From positions 1 through 57,861 of IMG/VR virus record IMGVR_UViG_3300014169_000007: a stretch of 57,861 nucleotides of DNA; one strand, written 5' to 3'. Under the pieces are notes generated by a model, which ran no database searches, had not been told where the DNA came from, and saw nothing but the letters and a program-made list of their open reading frames with translations. The position numbers were made by a program, and so were the translations under genes. Shown here one piece after another: positions 53,271 to 57,861 of this stretch. Within the stretch, counting starts at the first letter, position 1. Every line of letters begins with the position of its first letter. The stretch is from a virus. Its lineage: Duplodnaviria; Caudoviricetes.

Positions 53271-55058
53271 ATGAAGATGAAGGTAGACCTTTCCAAGTTT
53301 AAGCTTAAGAGTCGAGATGAACATACGGCAACATTGACACATCCAGATGGACATGAAGTCAAGATTGCGATAAAAGCATTGCATCCGATGAATCGTCAGA
53401 ACCTAGATAGTTTACAAATGGCGGATGGCGGACAAGTGACGCAATCTAATCCTAAGTTAGAGGAATCTAAGAAGGTTCCAAGACCAATGCAATCACCAGA
53501 TCCAGCTATGAAACCAGCAGGTGGTGTCAGAGCGGCAAAAGGTGGAGAGTTAGAGATTGAACCGGTCAATCCTCCAGAACCTAAACACCACATCGAGTAT
53601 GAACCTTATCAAGCTCCAGTAGTTGAGAAGCTTGACAAGCCTGAACCTAAACAACATCTACAGTATGAGAAGATGGCAGAGGGTGGAGAAGCTGAGGCAG
53701 ATGAACAACCACAGACTCAACAACCTATTGTTATCAACAACATGCCACCATCTCAATCAGTTAGTCCTGAACAGCAACAACAGCTGGGACTTGACCCACA
53801 ACAGATTCAACAAGCAGCGGCACAATCTGGCACAGTAGATCAAGGCGGTATTGCGGCTCAACAACCCCAACAACCACAGAGTCAACAACCTCAGCAACCA
53901 CAACCTGGATCGTATGGCGCTGGTGTTCAGGAGTCAGAAGCTGGTATTAAAGGTCAGTCAGCGGCAGAGTCGGAAGGTGCAAAAGCGCAGGCACAAATCA
54001 TGAAGGACCAGGCCGGTGCAGTGAATCAGTTGATGATTGACCACAAGGCTAAGGTTAACGAGATTGAGACTGAACGAAAAGCGATGATGCAAGATTACCT
54101 CAATGGTCACATCGAACCCAATAGATTTATGGGTAAGCAGGACACCATGGGTAAACTCATGACTGGTGTCGGTCTTGCATTAGGCGGACTTGGCTCCGGG
54201 TTAACCGGCGGACCAAACCAAGCATTAGAGTTCTTAAATAGACAGATTGATAGGGATATTGAATCGCAGCGGGCGGACCTAGGTAAACGACAGACTCTAC
54301 TCAGCATGAATCGCGATAGGCTAAAAGACGAGAATGCAGCGGTTGAGATGACAAGAATGCAGATGCAGGATCTAATGGCCGCTAAGATTGGTGAATCGAC
54401 AAGTAAGTCGCAGTCGGCACTTGCCCAATCTCGGGGTCAACAGCTTCTAGGACAACTCCATATGCAAACTGCTCCTGTCGTCCAACAGATGGCAGTTCGG
54501 GATATGGTTGCCAACTCAACACCTGAGCAATTGTCTAAAATGGACCCAGCATCTCTAATTCAAAGTATTGTACCACCTGACAAGCAGAAGGAAGTTTCAA
54601 AAGAAATCGGAACGGCGCAGAACGCCAAGAAGAATAGTGATCAAATTCTAAAGCATTTTGATGAAGCGATGAAAGAAAACACAATAGGCGGTAGGATTGG
54701 TAGAGCGGGCTTTAACCCCCCCTCGATTCTGGCAATGAGATCCATGATGTTACCACTAATTCACGACTTAGAAGGCCGGGTTAACGAATTTGAACAGAAA
54801 ACAACATCGGACTTAGAACCTAAACCAGGCGACGAGGCGGCAACAGTTGCAGCTAAACGAAAAGCATTAACAGAATTCTTAGCTCAGAAGTCTGCTGCTC
54901 CATTAGCTAAAACCTATGGTATCGATCTTGAAAAATTTGGATCAACGCAAGCACCTGGGAGTTTAAATCAACAACAGAAAAAATACGTTGAATGGGCAAA
55001 AGCCAACCCCTCCGATCCGAGAGCTAAGTTAGTACTTAAAAAATTGAACGCAGAATAG
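53271..55058 (+). CDS. DNA ejection/internal virion protein
   Basis: Q-rich, GVGLALGGLGSG segment, three AxGG motifs; second of three large genes after the tail. Confidence 0.6.
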   Translation: MKMKVDLSKFKLKSRDEHTATLTHPDGHEVKIAIKALHPMNRQNLDSLQMADGGQVTQSNPKLEESKKVPRPMQSPDPAMKPAGGVRAAKGGELEIEPVNPPEPKHHIEYEPYQAPVVEKLDKPEPKQHLQYEKMAEGGEAEADEQPQTQQPIVINNMPPSQSVSPEQQQQLGLDPQQIQQAAAQSGTVDQGGIAAQQPQQPQSQQPQQPQPGSYGAGVQESEAGIKGQSAAESEGAKAQAQIMKDQAGAVNQLMIDHKAKVNEIETERKAMMQDYLNGHIEPNRFMGKQDTMGKLMTGVGLALGGLGSGLTGGPNQALEFLNRQIDRDIESQRADLGKRQTLLSMNRDRLKDENAAVEMTRMQMQDLMAAKIGESTSKSQSALAQSRGQQLLGQLHMQTAPVVQQMAVRDMVANSTPEQLSKMDPASLIQSIVPPDKQKEVSKEIGTAQNAKKNSDQILKHFDEAMKENTIGGRIGRAGFNPPSILAMRSMMLPLIHDLEGRVNEFEQKTTSDLEPKPGDEAATVAAKRKALTEFLAQKSAAPLAKTYGIDLEKFGSTQAPGSLNQQQKKYVEWAKANPSDPRAKLVLKKLNAE

Positions 55059-55066
55059 GAAATCAA

Positions 55067-57529
55067 ATGGCTACGAATGACGTACCTGAAGGTTTAGACG
55101 AGTTTATCGCCAGTCCTGCAAGTGGACCCGCAGTCGATAAATCAGCACAATCACAAACTGAACCTGAAGGACTTAATGAATTCATTGCTCCAGAGATGCA
55201 AGAAGAGAAATATGGTTCTTTAGGGGAACAGGCCAAGACATTCGCAGAAAGCGCTGGAAAGGGCCTTGCTGGACCTATAGCACCTATGTTAGAAGAATCC
55301 TTCGGCGTAAACCCAGAAGATATTCGTGGTAGAGCTGAAGCTAATCCTGCAACCGCCTTTGCCGGCGAAGCAGCGGGTTTCGTGGCACCAGCATTGGCTA
55401 CGTTAGGGGAGAGTGCTGCAGCTAAAGCGGGGCTTACTGGTTTAGCAGAAGCAATACCACAACTATCTAAGTTTACACAATTAGGAGCTGTTGAAAAGAT
55501 TGCTGCAAAATTAGCACCTGTTGCAGGAGAAACCTTAGCGTCTAAGATTGGCGCCGCGGCTGCTAAAGGTGCTATCGAGAACATGTTAATTACTGGAAGT
55601 GATGAAGTATCCAGGATGGTATTAAAAGATCCTGAACAATCCGCTCAGAGTGCTATTGCTGATTTAGGCATGTCTGCCGTATTAGGCGGTATGGTTGGCG
55701 GTGGTGCTAAGTCTGTAAGTAGTCTTTGGGATGCAACGCTCGGGAATAAAGCTTCCCAATTAGCTGCAGATTTCAAAGGTCGGATTAATGAGCATATGGC
55801 GAACCCTGACCCTATTACCTCTATGACACATGAGTTAGAAGATCTACACGCCGGTATCACTGGTGTTGCGGATGAAGTCTATGGGCCTAAAGGGTTAAAA
55901 GCTAAAGATATTGAATCAGCTGTTCCTTCTATGCATCAGGGGATTAGTAGTCAAGTTAATGAAATTACTGATAAGGTTGATAACGTATTACAGAAGTTAA
56001 GTAAAGATGAACATGCTGGATTGTTGCAAGAACAAGCAGTTAAGTATAAACAAGCTGTCATGTCTGATGATCCTTCTAAGATCTTTAATGCAACGCAAGA
56101 ATTAAAACAACAACTTCAAGAATGGGGTAGATTTAATAAAGATATCGTACCTCTTAAGGAGCGACCCTTCCGCAATGCTGCTAAAGAATTAGCCCATGAT
56201 CTAAGAACTAGTTTAGAGGATACTAAAGTATGGGGTAAAGCTGCGGAACGTCAAGTCGCCATTAATGGCGCCTTTAAAGACTACTTACCTGCTCTTAAAG
56301 ACTTTGAATCTACCTTTATGACTAAAGTAGGTGATGACAAAGTCATTAACCCCGGTAAAGTGAATACCTATCTAAATCAATTAGGAAACCCAAGTGCTGA
56401 GATTAAACAATCTAAACTACAAAACTTTATAGATGCCTCTCAGAAGTATCATAAGGTCATTTCAGACACACATGCAAACTTAGGATTAGAATCTCCTATA
56501 ATGAAAACTCCTCTAAACGTGACAATGTCAACTTTAGATAAACAAACTATGGGATCCCAACTCGCTGATTGGTTTATACACCACGGACTAACGGATGCTG
56601 GTAGTGCAACCCTAGGAGCTACTATCGGTGGTGGTTTGGCACATTCCGTCGGATTACCGCATTCTATCAGTGCGATTATAGGTGCTAAAGCTATTGGACC
56701 AGTCTTTAAGCCATTAATATCAGCATTAGCTAAGCCTTTGTTTGAAAGTGCTGCAACTGCCCACGGTGTTAAAGCTGCTGTAGAACATACTACTTCGGCT
56801 ATTAAAGGAGCAGAATTAGCATCTAAGGCTGTTAAGAACATATTCAAATTAGGTGTAGCAATACTTCCAGAGCATGCTAAACCATCTGATAAAGAGGTTG
56901 AGAAACTTAACAAACAATTAAGAAGCATTCAAGGTAATCCTGGACCTATCTTCGCACATGATGATCCTCTGCAAAACATAATGCCCGATCACAATAGCGC
57001 TAGAGGTATGATGATTGGCGGAGTGGTAAATTACCTAAATAGTTTAAGGCCTGATTTAGATAAGAAAGCACCATTAGACAGTAAACCTGTGCCCTCTACA
57101 ACACAAAAAGCTACCTATAATGCTGCCTTACAGATTGCCCAACAACCTTTATTGGTACTTGAAAAGGTAAAGAATGGCACTATTACGGCTCAAGATATTC
57201 AGCATATTGGTACCATGTTTCCCCAATTATACAACGGCTTAAAGTCACAAATGATGGAAGAAATCTCTAATGCTTCCCATAAAGATCTAGTTATACCCTA
57301 TAAAACTAGGGTTGGTATCTCCATGTTTATGGCATCTCCACTTGATTCTACTATGACCGCGCCTTCTATCATGGCTGCCCAAGCAAAACCGATGCAACAA
57401 CAGCAACAGATGCAAGCTCAACAGGCACAGTCAAAGGGAGTTAAGTCCGCGCCAGCATTACAGAAAATGCCGAAATCCTATCAAACAAGTGCGCAGTCCT
57501 TAGAAGCTAGGCACCAGAGGGACAAATAA
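55067..57529 (+). CDS. Large DNA ejection/internal virion protein
   Basis: 820 aa, Ala-rich helical with Gly/Ala hydrophobic segments. Confidence 0.6.
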   Translation: MATNDVPEGLDEFIASPASGPAVDKSAQSQTEPEGLNEFIAPEMQEEKYGSLGEQAKTFAESAGKGLAGPIAPMLEESFGVNPEDIRGRAEANPATAFAGEAAGFVAPALATLGESAAAKAGLTGLAEAIPQLSKFTQLGAVEKIAAKLAPVAGETLASKIGAAAAKGAIENMLITGSDEVSRMVLKDPEQSAQSAIADLGMSAVLGGMVGGGAKSVSSLWDATLGNKASQLAADFKGRINEHMANPDPITSMTHELEDLHAGITGVADEVYGPKGLKAKDIESAVPSMHQGISSQVNEITDKVDNVLQKLSKDEHAGLLQEQAVKYKQAVMSDDPSKIFNATQELKQQLQEWGRFNKDIVPLKERPFRNAAKELAHDLRTSLEDTKVWGKAAERQVAINGAFKDYLPALKDFESTFMTKVGDDKVINPGKVNTYLNQLGNPSAEIKQSKLQNFIDASQKYHKVISDTHANLGLESPIMKTPLNVTMSTLDKQTMGSQLADWFIHHGLTDAGSATLGATIGGGLAHSVGLPHSISAIIGAKAIGPVFKPLISALAKPLFESAATAHGVKAAVEHTTSAIKGAELASKAVKNIFKLGVAILPEHAKPSDKEVEKLNKQLRSIQGNPGPIFAHDDPLQNIMPDHNSARGMMIGGVVNYLNSLRPDLDKKAPLDSKPVPSTTQKATYNAALQIAQQPLLVLEKVKNGTITAQDIQHIGTMFPQLYNGLKSQMMEEISNASHKDLVIPYKTRVGISMFMASPLDSTMTAPSIMAAQAKPMQQQQQMQAQQAQSKGVKSAPALQKMPKSYQTSAQSLEARHQRDK

Positions 57530-57548
57530 GGTCATTCCGCTAAGTATG
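57530..57548 (+). promoter_or_regulatory. Putative late promoter (copy 5)
   Basis: GGTCATTCCGCTAAGTATG, upstream of the appendage module. Confidence 0.7.
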
Positions 57549-57589
57549 AAGCCTAGACGCGATCACGTCGTACTCATGAGGGGGTTAAA

Positions 57590-57861
57590 ATGTCTCGGAA
57601 AAACACGCTGGTAACTACACTAGCGACTAATCAAAGCTTATCATCTTCGTTTAATACAGCGCCAACTGTCGTGCGCTATATGGATAACTGTAGTTATCAG
57701 ATTAATGTAACTACAACTAATTCAGTTGGAACCTTCGCGGTGCAGGTCAGCAATGATTACTACGTCAATGAGGGAAATGATAGTGTTGTTGTCAATCCTG
57801 GAAATTGGACAAGTTTAACTCTAGCCGGTGGTGTTCCTTTCGTCGCAGCTGCAAATGACAC
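57590..57861 (+). CDS. Virion beta-protein, 3'-truncated, paralogue of 3025..3384
   Basis: GAGGGGG SD; MSRKNTL...GTFAVQVSND...PGNWT, open to the window end. Confidence 0.65.
   Translation, partial: MSRKNTLVTTLATNQSLSSSFNTAPTVVRYMDNCSYQINVTTTNSVGTFAVQVSNDYYVNEGNDSVVVNPGNWTSLTLAGGVPFVAAAND

Noticed and set aside
780-56928. Numerous antisense or out-of-frame ORFs in the track (e.g. 780..1160, 13187..13588, 34057..34554, 55063..55584, 56449..56928)
   Set aside because: They lie wholly or almost wholly within well-supported genes, show no recognisable motifs, and are explained by codon bias of the sense gene.
1-57861. Stop-codon reassignment
   Set aside because: Core genes are full length in the standard code, and TAA, TAG and TGA all end tightly packed genes.

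Overview
The window looks like a near-complete, circularly permuted genome of a tailed dsDNA phage with podovirus-like organisation. Both ends fall inside the same virion-appendage module, and the host is probably a Gram-negative diderm (lipoproteins, an outer-membrane beta-barrel). Modules in order: fibre/decoration paralogues (1-8.8 kb); a minus-strand block with a BBP2-like porin, GH24 endolysin, trypsin-like lipoprotein and SF2 helicase (9.7-14.7 kb); an early/middle region with an Rrf2 regulator, subtilisin, RecA, Mre11/Rad50, SSB, AEP primase-SF4 helicase and family A DNA polymerase (15-31 kb); terminase, portal, scaffold and capsid (32-39.5 kb); a sigma70-driven accessory island (39.6-43.4 kb); tail genes (43.9-50.6 kb); a repeat-rich putative origin (51.6-52.1 kb); and three ejection-type proteins (52.2-57.5 kb). 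I recognised no integrase, RNA polymerase, tRNA or CRISPR array. The main unexplained signals are: (i) a 14-bp motif GGTCAWTCCGCTAA in front of each structural module, with a candidate sigma-region-4-like activator; (ii) sigma70 promoters that place +1 exactly on the ATG (leaderless mRNAs), alongside two promoter/terminator-bounded small RNAs carrying anti-Shine-Dalgarno motifs; (iii) a 66-bp duplicated promoter/RBS cassette whose three mismatches hit the -35, -10 and SD; (iv) an AxGG linear motif repeated across three virion proteins; (v) a phage-borne porin and a possible new spanin type. All protein calls come from motif recognition and gene order, with no database search.
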